From: Octopus sinensis
Taxonomy: Eukaryota
Assembly (NCBI RefSeq): GCF_006345805.1
Contig: NC_043001.1
Location: forward strand, 43,772,001 to 43,836,000
Direction of reading: 5' to 3'
DNA: 64,000 nt
Shown piece after piece: positions 1 to 12,790 of this stretch (positions are counted from its first letter, which is position 1; every line of letters begins with the position of its first letter). The position numbers and the translations under genes are program-made. The notes beneath the pieces are model-generated. The model saw nothing but the letters and a program-made list of their open reading frames with translations. It did no database searches and had not been told where the DNA came from.

Positions 1-640
1 TTCTAGTTTTGACACAAGGCCAGCAACTTTTGAGGGGAGAGGGAAGTCAATTACATCAGCCCTAGTACTTGACTGGTACTTTATTTCATCGACCTTGAAA
101 GGATGGAAGGTGAAGTAGACATTGGTGGGAATTGAACTCAGAGAGTAAAGAGTGGAAAGAACTGCTGCTAAGCATTTTGTCTGATGCGCTAATGAATCTG
201 CTAGCTCATCACCTTAGTATTAATAATTCTTCTCTACTATAGGCACAAGGCCTGAAGTCTTCTGGGAAGAGGGCCAGTTGATTACAACAACCCCATTACT
301 TATTTTATCGATCCCGAAAGGATGAAAGGCAAAGTCGACCTCAGTGGTATTTGAACTTGGAACATAAAGCCTAAAAAATACTGCTAAGTGTTTTGTCCAA
401 CATATTTAACAATTCTGCCAGCTCACTAGACTTCAAATTTTGGCACAAGGCAAGCAACTTTGGGGAAGGGCATAAAACAATTACAATGACCCCAGTGCTC
501 AACTGGTACTTATTTTATTGACCTTGAAAGGATAAGTAATGTCAACCTCAGCAGAATTTGAACTCAGAACATAAAAACAGATAAAATACTGCTCAGCATT
601 TTGCCCTGTGTGAAAACAATTCTACCAGCTTGCTGTCTTT
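1..640 (-). mobile_element. Three tandem copies of a tRNA-derived SINE with a Nin/Deu-like core
   Basis: Units of ~210 bp: gcacaagg..tttatcgaccccgaaaggatgaaaggcaaagtcgacctc..atttgaactc. Further copies at ~8450-8800, 25200-25420, 42250-42460, 52275-52490 and 52920-53330. Confidence 0.7.
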
Positions 641-2790
641 GCCATAACCTTAATATTAATAATAAATACTAGTGAATGTTTGATATATCTGGGGGATTAA
701 CATCCTAACAGCAATTGCAATAATTTAGTACCAATCTTTACATTTGAAATAACGATAGCAATAGCAGCAGTTTTCTGATCAAACTCAAGCTCCATGGTAG
801 TGAGATTAAAATAAATGTCATCTTCCCAAACAAATAACCTGTCAATATTGAGATAACTGTCAACCAATCAGTTAGTAGACGCAGTTAAGTGTATCTTTTA
901 TTTAATAACCTTCTATGTCATTGCATGGTTACAGCTATAACCATGTCTATGATTGTAACTACATAATCATTTATTGGTTATGCAAGACTGAAGCTACAAC
1001 AATCGTGTTGGTATATTCTAAAGTGATTATCATATAATCACCTGCTGGAAACTTCTAAGTTTTCTGTAAATAGCAACAGCAATTTGAAAATATGTGACTT
1101 CTCCCTCAGTAGATTGATCAGTTGGTTTTATGAGGGTTAGTGTCAAGTAAAGCATAACTAAAGAGAGAGATAAGAGAAATATCTGTGTGTCATGTTCAGT
1201 TGACATTGATATATACCACAAGGAAATTATATTAAAATACACAGTCATTAGTAATCTGTTATGCATTTATGGGCAAACATACACACACGTTCAAATGTAG
1301 TTTCCTTATTCTCTCTTTGAAATCAATCACTGGACAGCAGCCTTGCTGAGGCACTGCTTTTCAAGACTTTAGTCAGTTATTTATATATGCATATAACCAC
1401 ATGGGCTCTGGTTCAGTCCTGCTGCATATCACCTTGGGCAAGTGTCTTCTACTATAGCCCTGGGTCAATCAAAGCTTTGTGAGTATATTTGGTAGACAAA
1501 AACTGTGTGTGTGCATGTGTGTGTGTGTTACTATCTCCTTGTCTTGACTTCATGTGATAACTGTAAATGAATGTAACTGTCCAATCTTCCACGAAAACAT
1601 ATTTGGTTAAGGGGAATATTACCTGACTTGGAAACAGGTGAGAGTTGGCAGTAGGAAGGGCATCAACTTGCAAGAAAATATGCCTCAACAAATTCTTCTA
1701 GTCCATGCGAGCACGGAAAAGTAGACATAAAAAATGATGATGATAACACACATATATACAGACAGATACATTAAAATGAAAACATACAGATGATTTAAGA
1801 AGAGCCAAGAGGAAATCAGACCCCAAATATCTCACTTGAGTTGTAATTAAACTGTCATCATGTATCTTTTGTCTGCAACCTAATTAACCTTCTCAATAAC
1901 TCCAGAGTTGTCACCTTCCAATCAGAGACTATTAGAAGTAAATATCTTTATGGGTAATTTTGCAATGTGGCTTTTGTATTTAATTTTTTCTATCAAAAAA
2001 ATGGTTTCGTATTCAAATTTCTTAAGATATTCTTGAATATTCATTCATTTAAGTTCACTGATCAATGTTGCTGCTGCTGTTTTAGTCCCACCAGTATTCA
2101 TGTTTGTCCTCGTTTTTAAATTTATGATAAGAAGCATTCCAGCAGAGAGAGTTTCACCTTTTTTGTTCTGACATAGTGTATCTGGAACAGTATTACTTTT
2201 CAAGATAGTAGAGTGTAATTTGACTATGTCTAGTAGGCAGTGTGACCGTTTAGAAGCTTCTTTTATCTCTTATTTGCTTCAAGTCGTTGGATTGAAACCT
2301 AGCCAGGACAATGTCTAGAAAGAATCAGTCAAACAAATTGACATCAGAGCTAATTTTTCTAAGTTTGGTACTTATTCTATTTCTATCAGTCTCTTTTGTC
2401 AAAGCCCTAAGTCATGGGGACATAACCAAACCAACACCAGTTGTCAGGCAGCATGGGGTGGAATATATACACACATCCCAACCACATGGTTCCAGGTTCA
2501 GTCCCATCACATGACATCTTGGGCAAGTGTCTTCTATAGCCTCAGGTTAACCAAAGCCTTGTGAGTGGATTTGGTAGATGGAAACTGAAAGAAGCCCATT
2601 GTGTATGTGTGTGTGCGTTTGTCCCCCACCATTGCTTGACAACCAATGTTGGTGTATTTACATCCCAAAAGAGACCGATAGAATAAGTACTAGGCTTACA
2701 AAGAATAAGTTCTGGGGTCGATTTGTTCGACTAAAGGTGGTGCTCCAGTATGGCCACAGTCAAATGACTGAAACAAGTAAAAGAATAAAA

Positions 2791-2844
<54 letters not shown>

Positions 2845-2850
2845 GTATAT

Positions 2851-3535
2851 AAATTCGAGAAGAGCCACCTTTTATCAATTAAACACTGAAATAACAATGA
2901 TATAATGAAATTATACCATATAGAAAAAAATTAAATATACGATAAAACATATACCAATAATTAAGTAAAGTACAAAATAATAATAAATAAAAAGTTAATA
3001 ATTAGTATAATTTACCAATATTCATTCATAAAGCATTAGTTGGGCCACAGCTATAACAGAAGACACTTGCTCAAGGTGCCATGCAGTGAGAGTCAACCCA
3101 ACAGCCTGTGGTTGCAAAGCAAGTTTCTTAACCACATAGCCATGCCTGTACCTGTTTCTTAAAGTCATGCCAGCAGAACTATGTTAGTGGTACATCCAAA
3201 GTTTGCCTCACACAGAAGTTTGATTTATTGTGCTTCAACTCCTGGAATCTTCAGAGATTTCAGTACTGCATTCACCTTGATACTTTCAAAAGCATTTACA
3301 TAATCAATAAACTTTACATATGGAGGCAGCTTTCACTCGTTCTTAAAGCTCTGTTAGAATGAATAATTGGTATAATTTACCAATTATATACTTTTTATTT
3401 ATTATTATCTTGTACTTTACTCAATTATTGGTATATGTTTTATCGTGTATTTAATTTTTTTTTCCATATGGTATAATTTAATTATATCACTGTTATTTCA
3501 TTGTTGAATTGATAAAGGTGGTTCTTCTCTAATTT
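2851..3535. repeat. AT-rich inverted repeat (arms 2851-3020 and 3365-3535) enclosing a copy of 3775-4120
   Basis: gagaagagccaccttttatcaatt versus aattgataaaggtggttcttctc, plus a direct duplication of ~345 bp. Confidence 0.85.
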
Positions 3536-3667
3536 ATTTACATATATTATATATTGTGAAATTTGATTTAGTATTACTAAATTGAATTTTTCCCTGTAAG
3601 TTTGGAATAATATTCCCTATCATTATTATATATACATACATACATATATACATGTATGTACATACAT

Positions 3668-3741
<74 letters not shown>

Positions 3742-3904
3742 AAAACAGACTTCCAGACAGTTGCCATCTACCAAATTCATTCATAAAGCATTAGTTGGGC
3801 CACAGCTATAACAGAAGCCACTTGCTCAAGGTGCCATGCAGTGAGAGTCAACCCAACAGCCTGTGGTTGCAAAGCAAGTTTCTTAACCACACAGTCATGC
3901 CTGT

Positions 3905-4480
3905 ACCTGTTTCTTAAAGTCATGCCAGCAGAACTATGTTAGTGGTACATCCAAAGTTTGCCTCACTCAGACGTTTGATGTATTGTGCCTCAACTCCTGG
4001 AATCTCCAGAGATTTCAGTACTGTATTCACCTTGATACTTTCAAAAGCATTTACATAATCAATAAAGTTCACATATGGAGGCAGCTTTCACTCATTCTAA
4101 AAGCTCTGTTAGAATGAATATGTGGTCTATTGTGCTGTAGTTCATCTAAAACTCTGCATGCTTGTTTGACTGTTGATCACAGATGTTTTGATAGTTTGGT
4201 AACTATGACTTTGTAAACAGTTTGTGGAAGTGAGGCAAGAGGACTATGAAGCAATAGTTTCTCAGATATTCCCTATCATTCTTCTTATAAAGCAAAATAC
4301 TATTCAGCTCCTTCCACAACAAAGATATTTTCCTTCATTCAACTATCAATTGTGACATAGAATGAGGATCTGTCACAACTGCTACCTTCCACTCCATAAC
4401 AGTTTGATTGTCACCTCATCTTTTCCTGAGGTATTATTTATCTTCATTATCTTTAAAGCATTCCCTATTTCACTGAGCAG
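3905..4480 (-). mobile_element. LINE (RTE-like) RT fragment; part of it duplicated at ~3160-3365
   Basis: Minus strand: IGNALKIMK..SGKDEVTIKLL and FIDYVNAFESIKVN.VLKSL. Confidence 0.7.
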
Positions 4481-4829
4481 AAATATATACATACATTAAA
4501 TACAGACTAAGGGAAATATGAGATGAAATAGATTGGTAAAATTTCAGAATTTTGTGCTTCAAAGATAGTGATGAAACACAGAGACATAGGATGATACTAT
4601 AAAAGCCCATTTAGTTGAAGCTATTTTCTTTCAAAAAGTTTTCTATGTAATGTTCATTTACATTAATGGTAAGAGACTTCCAGAAAGCAGTGGCTGTTAA
4701 GGAAAAGAAAATTTTGTAGCACTTAGAATATCTTTTAATGTTTTTTTTTTACAGCTTCAGGAGGAGTATTGCCCATCACCTTCACAGACCATCTGGGATT
4801 AGAGAGACTGATACAGTTGATATTCAACT

Positions 4830-5400
4830 TAAATGCCTATAACTAGATGTCTATAAGGAAATAGTAGGTGGGAAGGAAATTGCAGATAAATGATGCTCTG
4901 TGAAGGAAGGAAAGAAAATGAATGAATGAAGGACAAAATGGGTGAGCCACTGTGGTGGAGAGGCAGATGTGTTGTGTGGAGGTGGTATACAACTAGCCTT
5001 GCTAGAGAAGCAGAAGCTGTTGTTGTTGAGACAGTACATTGCATGCCAGCAGTTGTAGCGTAATGGTGAGTGAGTTTTAACCAATTACTCAGATGTCCCT
5101 TAACTGAATGCAGCCAAAGATGTTTAATAATTCAGCATTAATACTGTTCTAGATATGACAGCAGTATTCCATTGAAGGTATGACTTAATCTTTAAATGGA
5201 ATCACCAACTAACCATGAACAGAGTGTCTTTGGGATGCAGTTTTAACAATGTTATGTATAAGGGGGTTGCTGAGAAAGGCCATCAGAAATTCTGAGGCTT
5301 TGCAGTTGTTGCAATAACTTTTGGAGTTTCAGATGAAATTCATAAACCCAGATCAACATCTCTAGATATTTAGACATTGCTTTCTGATAGGTGTATATAT
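4830..5400 (-). mobile_element. CR1/Jockey-like LINE 3' fragment
   Basis: Minus strand VIPSMEYCCHI*..LLNIFGCIQLR, matching RP.MEYCSHIW..LDRIQ.R. Confidence 0.55.
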
Positions 5401-5627
5401 CTAGGCATATACATGCAGAGTATGAAGACACCTAACCCTAATCTAGAGTGTAGAACATTTGCAGCTTATCAGACCTCTAGAGATTTATAATCCAGGTTTT
5501 TCAATAATTTCAGAGTTGGCTCTTATGTCAATTAGAGAATATAATTTATATCAAGTTTATTCAGATCTATTCCTGCTTTATTGTATTATGGAACTACCTT
5601 GCTCAATTGGATCTCATACTCTATGTG

Positions 5628-6835
5628 CAGGGTGTTTGAGCTAACTTTGAAGATTTTTTAAAGTCTCCATTAAGGAACAACTTAATGAACTGGTGAAAAG
5701 TCAACAATGTTGGAGAGCATTAAATTCAAAGTTGTAGTTAAGAAAAAGTTAGTTGACATGGAGGACTGGAAGCCATCTGAATATTGGAGAATATTGAATA
5801 TTGAATATGATGATTCATGCCAGGTATCAAAATGCCAACATGATGACTACTGCTCAATGCTCTTTGATGGACAACAGCTGCAACAGAGACTATGAATGAG
5901 GATCTTAACAACAACTCATACAAGAGGTGAAAAGGATAAATTCTGATAAGCAAGGCCAAGGACAACCATGTGACAAAAGCAAAGAAGATCCTGAACAAGT
6001 TGAGGCATCCTCTTGAGCTGAGGATGATTTGGTTCTTAGGTTAGTTAGTTAGTTAGTTAATTTGGCTCAAAAGCAAATAGCAAAGCCATGTAGGGGGACA
6101 TGGAGTTAAGTACAGGGTGGTGTTCATGTAAAGAGTTCAGGCCACTTGAGGTCCAGGGAGGCTTTGAACAAAGGTGAAAAGAACTTCTGCCAGGAGCAGT
6201 TGCACAATACCCTGAACAACAGGTGGTTTGCTTACAATCCATGTGATGTCCCATGTATCATGAAAACCAAGGTCCCCCAAACTGTGATGGTCTTTGGATG
6301 TGTCTCCAGAGAAGGTGACATCATGTTGCCCCACATCTTTGAACAGGGCCTTAGGCTCAATTCAGATGGCTATGTGAAGCTGATGGAGACTGTGGTCAAA
6401 CTCTGGATGGAGAGGGTTGCTGCTGGAAGGCCATATATGTTCTACCTTCAAGATTCAGCTTCTTGCCATATCTCCAGAAAGAGTCAGAAGTGGTTGTCAG
6501 AGAATTTCCAAAACTTAACCAACCCCAATTTCTGGCCTCCTGATTCACTCAATGACATATCAGATACAGTTGAGAAAGACACCAACTGCTCTCTCAGCAA
6601 CACCAAAGATAAAACCAAAGAAGTGTTTGAAGATCTTCCCAAGGACACTGAGGAATGAATGCACCAAATTCTGGAGCCATCTCAAGACCATGGTGCAAAC
6701 TGAGAGCAGCTACTTTGTTATCTCTCAGTCATAATCAAGTTGATATTTTCTGATTATTTTAAAGGACGTTTTGGATGGGATAGTGTGTTTTCTTTTCCTT
6801 TTATGTAAACTGTCAAATTTAGCCTGAACATCCTA
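5628..6835 (+). mobile_element. Tc1/mariner-superfamily transposon, degenerate transposase
   Basis: VMVFGCVSREG..YLQDSASCH..WPPDS. TIR-like ends cagggtgtttgagctaactttga and tcaaatttagcctgaacatccta. Confidence 0.85.
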
Positions 6836-9800
6836 TATGTATATTATTAGTGGTCAGTAGAGCATATAAGAAATTTGATTGACTCTTTGACTTCTGTACC
6901 ACACATACACACACATTAGCAAATAACATTGCTCAATATGTAAGAAACAAAGTTAAGTTTCTACATTGAGAGACACCTGAGATTCAAGGGGGGGGGGGCG
7001 CAAAGTGTGTCATGAGAAGTAAAATGGCTTCATCTAAAAATGAAAAATTTGGTTTACTAAAACTAATAAGAAAAAAAGCTGGTGAATATTTGACATATTC
7101 AAGAATTATCAACAGCAGTAGTTAATATCAGCAGCAAAAATAGTTTTGCATTCCTATATTCCTGATAAAAACAAACAAATAAAAAAAAATAGTACTTCAG
7201 CTGTTAATATTATTTAGTGGCTGGGTTTTTTTTGTTTTTGAATAAACACAAGATTGATAACTGTCAACTTGAATTTAAACACAACTACAAGCAAACAGCA
7301 AGCTGGTGCACCAGCTCTGTATGACTGTGTATGTAATTGCATATTATATATTTTCAAGCCTGCATGTGATCTAACTCTATTCCAGGAGTAGTAATCGTAA
7401 CATAAAAGCTAAGTTCAATCTACTAATGTTTGTGCAACACAATTCTTGTAACAAAGCAAGTTTACAACAGCAGGAAAGAATGCAGAACTCTAACATCTGA
7501 GAATTGGTGATACTCGTGTAGCAGGAATATCTAGAAATCAGATCAACATATCCGATATCCCAATTTGCTAGAATACAACCCCAGTCATTGAAAAGATCTG
7601 ACTAATGAACAATATGACTTTTCTTGGAAATACCATTCTTTTACAGTTGAAAACTGTATGAATATACGTCAAAGAATAATGGTGGGCCTGTCATACAATC
7701 ATTCTAAAGTTCCAGACTTTCCTACATTATATTTTTCTTTCCTAAGCAGTGTAAGAATCTTTACTATGAGGAGGCTACTGACCACCAAGAATGGCTTATG
7801 TTAATAAAATTTTTACTTTTGTCAATCACACACATAATATGCATAATATGTTGTTTGATGATATAAATATATTTCAATTTTCCTTCTGTACATGAAAGGA
7901 ATTCACTCCCTACATACAGAGAGAAAGACATTCCTGTATCAGTTTCAAGCTGACATAACAATTAACCACAATAAGCACGATATATAACAAAACAGAAATA
8001 CAAAATCCATAGTTACTTCCACATACTATTTTTTTTTAAAGAAAAAAATCAAAACAAATACAGCTATAAGTACAAATAAACAAATACAAATAGTGATTAA
8101 GACTAATTAATCCCATTAGAAGAGATATTAACACATAAACAAGAGTTATTAATAGTTTTAGAAGTCCGCAGCAATCCAAAAAAGCATGTGCATAATTAAG
8201 CATATATAAAATGGTAGCATTTAATACATAACGTGTGTACTACTTTGACAATAGGTCTGATCAAGATAAGTTTGCTTGCTTTAGATTAAAAGCTAAATGT
8301 TGCGTTGATTAAGTAACATAAATAATTAGGCTGCTAGAAGATAAAATTGGCTTACAAAGAATCTTTAAGAAATGACAGACAGGTAAAGTCACCCAGATCT
8401 AAGTTGGAGAAATGCCATTAATACTAATATTAATAACAATTTCTAACATGGCACAAGGTCACAACTTTTGAGAGAGAAGAAAATTATATTAATGTAACTA
8501 GTACTTTGATTTCATCAAACCCATAAAGTTGAACTTGGCAGAATTCAGAATGTAAAAAAAAACATTAATATTTTCTTTTTTTTTTTCTACTATAGGTACA
8601 AAGCCTGAAACTTTGGAGAAAAGGCCTAACTGATTACATTGGATCCCCGCTTCTTTTTGCTCAACAGGTACATATTTTATCGACCCTGAAAGGATGAAAG
8701 GCAAAGTCAACCTCAGTGGAATTTGGACTTAGAATGTAAAGCTAGAAAAATATGCCATTACTTATTTTGTCAGGCATAATAATGATTCTGCCAGGTCGCA
8801 TTAATAATCATCATCATCGTTTAACATCCACTTTCTATGCTGGCATGGGTTGGACACTGACATGGAGCTGGCCAGCTGGGAGCTGTCCAGACCCCAATTG
8901 TCTGTTGTGGCATAGCTTGTACAGATGGATGCCCTTCCTGATGCCAACTAGTTAACAGAGTGCGCTGGGTGCTTTTCATTGCCACTGGCATGGGTGTGTT
9001 TATGCAGCACTGGCATGAGTACATTTTATGTGGGACCCGCAACCTGAAAGAACAAGCCTGTATGTGTGGAAGACAGTGATTTTACTTAGCTTGACTCATC
9101 TCATGATGATGACGATGAGAAGAAGAAGAAGAAATTTCTTCAAGATGAGAGCTAGTAACCATAACAGAGGAATTAGATATAACATTAGAAATGTATGGTG
9201 TTAGCCAGTCACCATAGCTACATTGAAGGCCCCTGGGCAAATCAGTGCAGTGGGTTCTGTAGTATTTATTTATAGACAGCAAGCCACAATATACATAGGC
9301 TTGAACTGGGCCCCTAGACCCAAGGAGCCTCTGGCTAACTGCCCAGTGTGCCCATATCTTAAGCCAGCCTTGGTGTTATAACTTGTAAAGCCTGATACAA
9401 TTTCTTATGCATAGATATAGAAACAATTTGTTTTAACATTTTGGAAAGGGGACAGTTAAATTTTACAGAACTCACTTTCTCTCCACCTCACATGAATGAG
9501 GATTCTGTGAAAAGTAAATCCATGGAGAAAGCCTTTGCAGCAAACTCCACATGGTATGCAATTGACATATCTTCTCCAAAATGTATCCTTTTCTCCTCTT
9601 CAAAATCTACCTTGCATACCAGCAAACACTACACTCCAAAGATTGCTCTTACACTCACCCAACATCAGACTTTTGAGACATACTCGACTTGAGAACAGGT
9701 ATAAGTTTTAAACATTTTCAAAAAGTCTCATGACTGAAAAGTTTTAAGGATCAAGTACATTGCATGAAAATCTTCAGAAGCAACTTTAACACAAATGTCA

Positions 9801-10596
9801 CTTACAAGAATTCCCAAGTCAGAGGAGTTAGAAACTTGAGGGATTTCAGTCCCATCCAAGAAATATTTAGTATTGAAATTTTTCAAGCAAAGATATAAAA
9901 CCAAACAATTTTATAATACAACTACAATTTACCAATCTCTTGGCTGGTTGCCTTATATCCTATTGATTAGACCATTTTTGCTCTCGGTTTCTTTTGACTA
10001 CACACAAACGCCATTTTTACAGGGAGATGAGAAATATAATCAATTGTCCTAACTATAAACTCCTAGTAGCTATTTTATCAACCCTGGAGAGAGGAAAAGC
10101 AAAAGCTTAAACCAGCAGAATTTGAATTCAGAAGTATAAAGCCCCAAAGTATATTTTTGAGAGTCTGACAGGATGTAATATAAGTCAAATTTTCTTGAAG
10201 AAAACAATGTAACCTATTCTTATGTAATATTAATATCAAATGTGTTAAACTGGCAAGGGACTTGATAGCTATGTTGTTTAGGTAACGGGTTAAAATGCAA
10301 TGTTACAAGACTGTAAGACATACTACTCATCTATTTACCTTAGTTAAACTCTTGGTTAGAAATAAAATGAGTGCAAGTTTGTATCCTGTGAGATATAGTA
10401 GACATGGCTACTTTCAGTCAAGGCCAATCAAACCATTATCTCTACTTCCTCTCATGGCACAGCAACCATAAATATCTAATACATTTATTTCAAATCTAAT
10501 TTATACTGATCAAACCATTATTAACTACCATTATTAATTCTAGTGACTAATCTATTTAGTTCCTGATTAAGCTACACTCATTTATTCACAAAAGTA

Positions 10597-10977
10597 TCTC
10601 TTTTACTTGTTTCAGTCATTTGACTGCGGCCATGCTGGAGCACCGCCTTTAATCGAGCAACTCGACCCCGGGACTTATTCTTTTTGTAAGCCTAGTACTT
10701 ATTCTATCGGTCTCTTTTGCCGAACCGCTAAGTAACGGGGACATAAACACACCAGCATCGGTTGTCAAGCAATGCTAGGAGGACAAACACAGACACACAC
10801 GCATATATATATATATACATATATATATGACGGGCTTCTTTTCAGTTTCCGTCTACCAAATCCACTCACAAGACTTTGGTCAGCCCGAGGCTATAGTAGA
10901 AGACGCTTGCCCAAGGTGCCACGCAGTGGGACTGAACCCGGAACCATGTGGTTGGTAAACAAGCTACTTACCACACA
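10597..10977 (-). mobile_element. tRNA-derived SINE (dominant family, CORE-like caccttgggcaagtg)
   Basis: Head gtggtaagtagcttg..ccgggttcagtccc, internal (TA)/(TG) tract, tail gactgaaacaagtaaaag. Older copies at ~1390-1740, 2480-2790, 24890-25150, 31727-31975, 38190-39420 and 45290-46350. Confidence 0.85.
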
Positions 10978-11106
10978 TTTCTGCAATGGACTTACAAAAA
11001 AACTTTGTCTCAGTGTTTATGAGCCAACAATGGAACTTCTAAGGAGCTATCCTTACCCTTACTGTGTGGAGAGTAAGGTTAGCTTACAACACAGTAGTAA
11101 TTTGAA

Positions 11107-11327
11107 CCCTTTCGTTACTGTATTTATTTTGAGATTCTCTGTGTCTCTTTCAATTATTTTAAATATAACAAAGAGTTTAGTAAAATAACTTAGTTATCAT
11201 TAAGCTAGTGTTAGGAACATAAATTGTGACTAAGGTTTGGTGGTATATTTTAATGCAAAACTTATGAAAACAAGACATTTGTACTACAGAGCCAGAGCCG
11301 GTTTTGGCCGGGTTGGTAACGAAAGGG
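11107..11327. mobile_element. piggyBac-like MITE
   Basis: TIR ccctttcgttac / gtaacgaaaggg with TGAA and TTAA flanks. Same family as 42768-42971, in opposite orientation. Confidence 0.8.
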
Positions 11328-11339
11328 TTAATAGTTTAA

Positions 11340-11534
11340 CCTGTTAGCATTTAAACCAGACATATCCAGCTCAGATATGCTGTTTTATGTTCTAGCCATC
11401 CAGATGCAGCTTATCACACCTACATTTCAATGCTATTGTAAAAATATACAATCATATCATCAAAATTTCAAAGCTATGAGATAATGTGAATGAAAAAGCA
11501 TTACATTTGACAGAATAATCTGAATGCTAAAGGA
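11340..11534. mobile_element. Second piggyBac-like MITE
   Basis: ttaa-cctgttagcattta ... tgaatgctaaagga-ttaa. Confidence 0.55.
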
Positions 11535-12384
11535 TTAAAATATCAAAAGAAACATGCTTGTACAATCACAAAATCTCAATTCTATTTTGTATCTGTTTCA
11601 ATATTGGTTTGATTTGAACAACACTATGACCTGCCTGGCAAACATTAGATTGCCTTGATATTTCAAACTTAGTTTGTGAGACAATTTATATATATATATG
11701 AATAGTGAACAAAAGACACTTCCAAATGTTTAAAAATAACCCTTAGAAGGTAAAAAAATATTAATAAGTATTTCCAGAACAGAAGTAATAATGATATTGA
11801 ATTGAATAAATAAATATATGATAGAGACAGAGAGGAAACAAAATTCAAACTAAACAGGACTATTATTGATCAGTGGTTCTCAATCCACCACAAAGGATAT
11901 TCAGGTATGTTGTGGATTTAAAAAAATGTAATTTAAAGCTTTAGAAAATCCATACTAATGCTTGAGTGTTTTGAAAATGTTATCTATAATTCTATTTATA
12001 CGTAAATATGATTAATAAAATAAAGTAAGCAACAGTTTTCTATACCTTAGCTTTTTTTTTAAACTTTACATACAAAGTATGCCAATTTTTTTTTTAATCT
12101 TCAGTGCACTACAAAGTCAAAAAACATTCAGAAATGACTGCTTTGGGTCCTTGTGTCAAAAGCTCAAACGGCAGTACAGGTCCAAAGTTTTTTATAAAAA
12201 AAAAACACACACAGAGAAAGAAATTTCCCATCTGACTGAGATTCATAAAATATTGTCAGTGAGTGATTTTCAACAGATGCAGTGAAACTGTGTTAAATGA
12301 TCAAGTCACAGAAAGCCAAAGAAATTTGTCACATTAAGAAATGAAAAGCTGATGTAATTCTTGTGTGTACTTAAATTACTAAGG

Positions 12385-12790
12385 ACAATTTGAGGAAAAG
12401 AGGCCAGGGTGGAGCAGGCAACTAGTTTGTATATTGACGACATCCTGGTAGATGAAAGTGTGGAATTGGCAGAGAAAAGTGTGAGTCATCTGAGACATTT
12501 CAGAGTGATAACAAAAACACTGGAGGCTATAGAAGGAAGCATGGTACTGGGGGTCAGGTTCGAAAGAGATAAAGCGGATAGGATTGTTTTGGAGAGGAAA
12601 TGATATCTCAGACCTGCACAAGGATATGAATAGGAAAGAGCTGTTCTTGACTAGTGGGAAGCTGGTGGGACACAATCCTGTTGCAGGATGGCTTCAAACA
12701 GCACGTAGCTACATCAAGAGGCAAGCTGAAGGAGTGAAGTGGGGTAATAAAGTAGGAGAGAAGACAATTGCAATGATACAGATATTTGTA
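12385..12790 (+). mobile_element. LTR retrotransposon pol fragment (RT)
   Basis: ATSLYIDDILVD (YxDD), then a frameshifted RKELF..GKLVGHNPVAGWL. Confidence 0.75.

Noticed and set aside
1-640. CRISPR-like regularly spaced repeats (also 27120-27360)
   Set aside because: The units are similar along their whole length with no unique spacers. They are tandem SINEs or LINE UTR repeats in a eukaryotic context.
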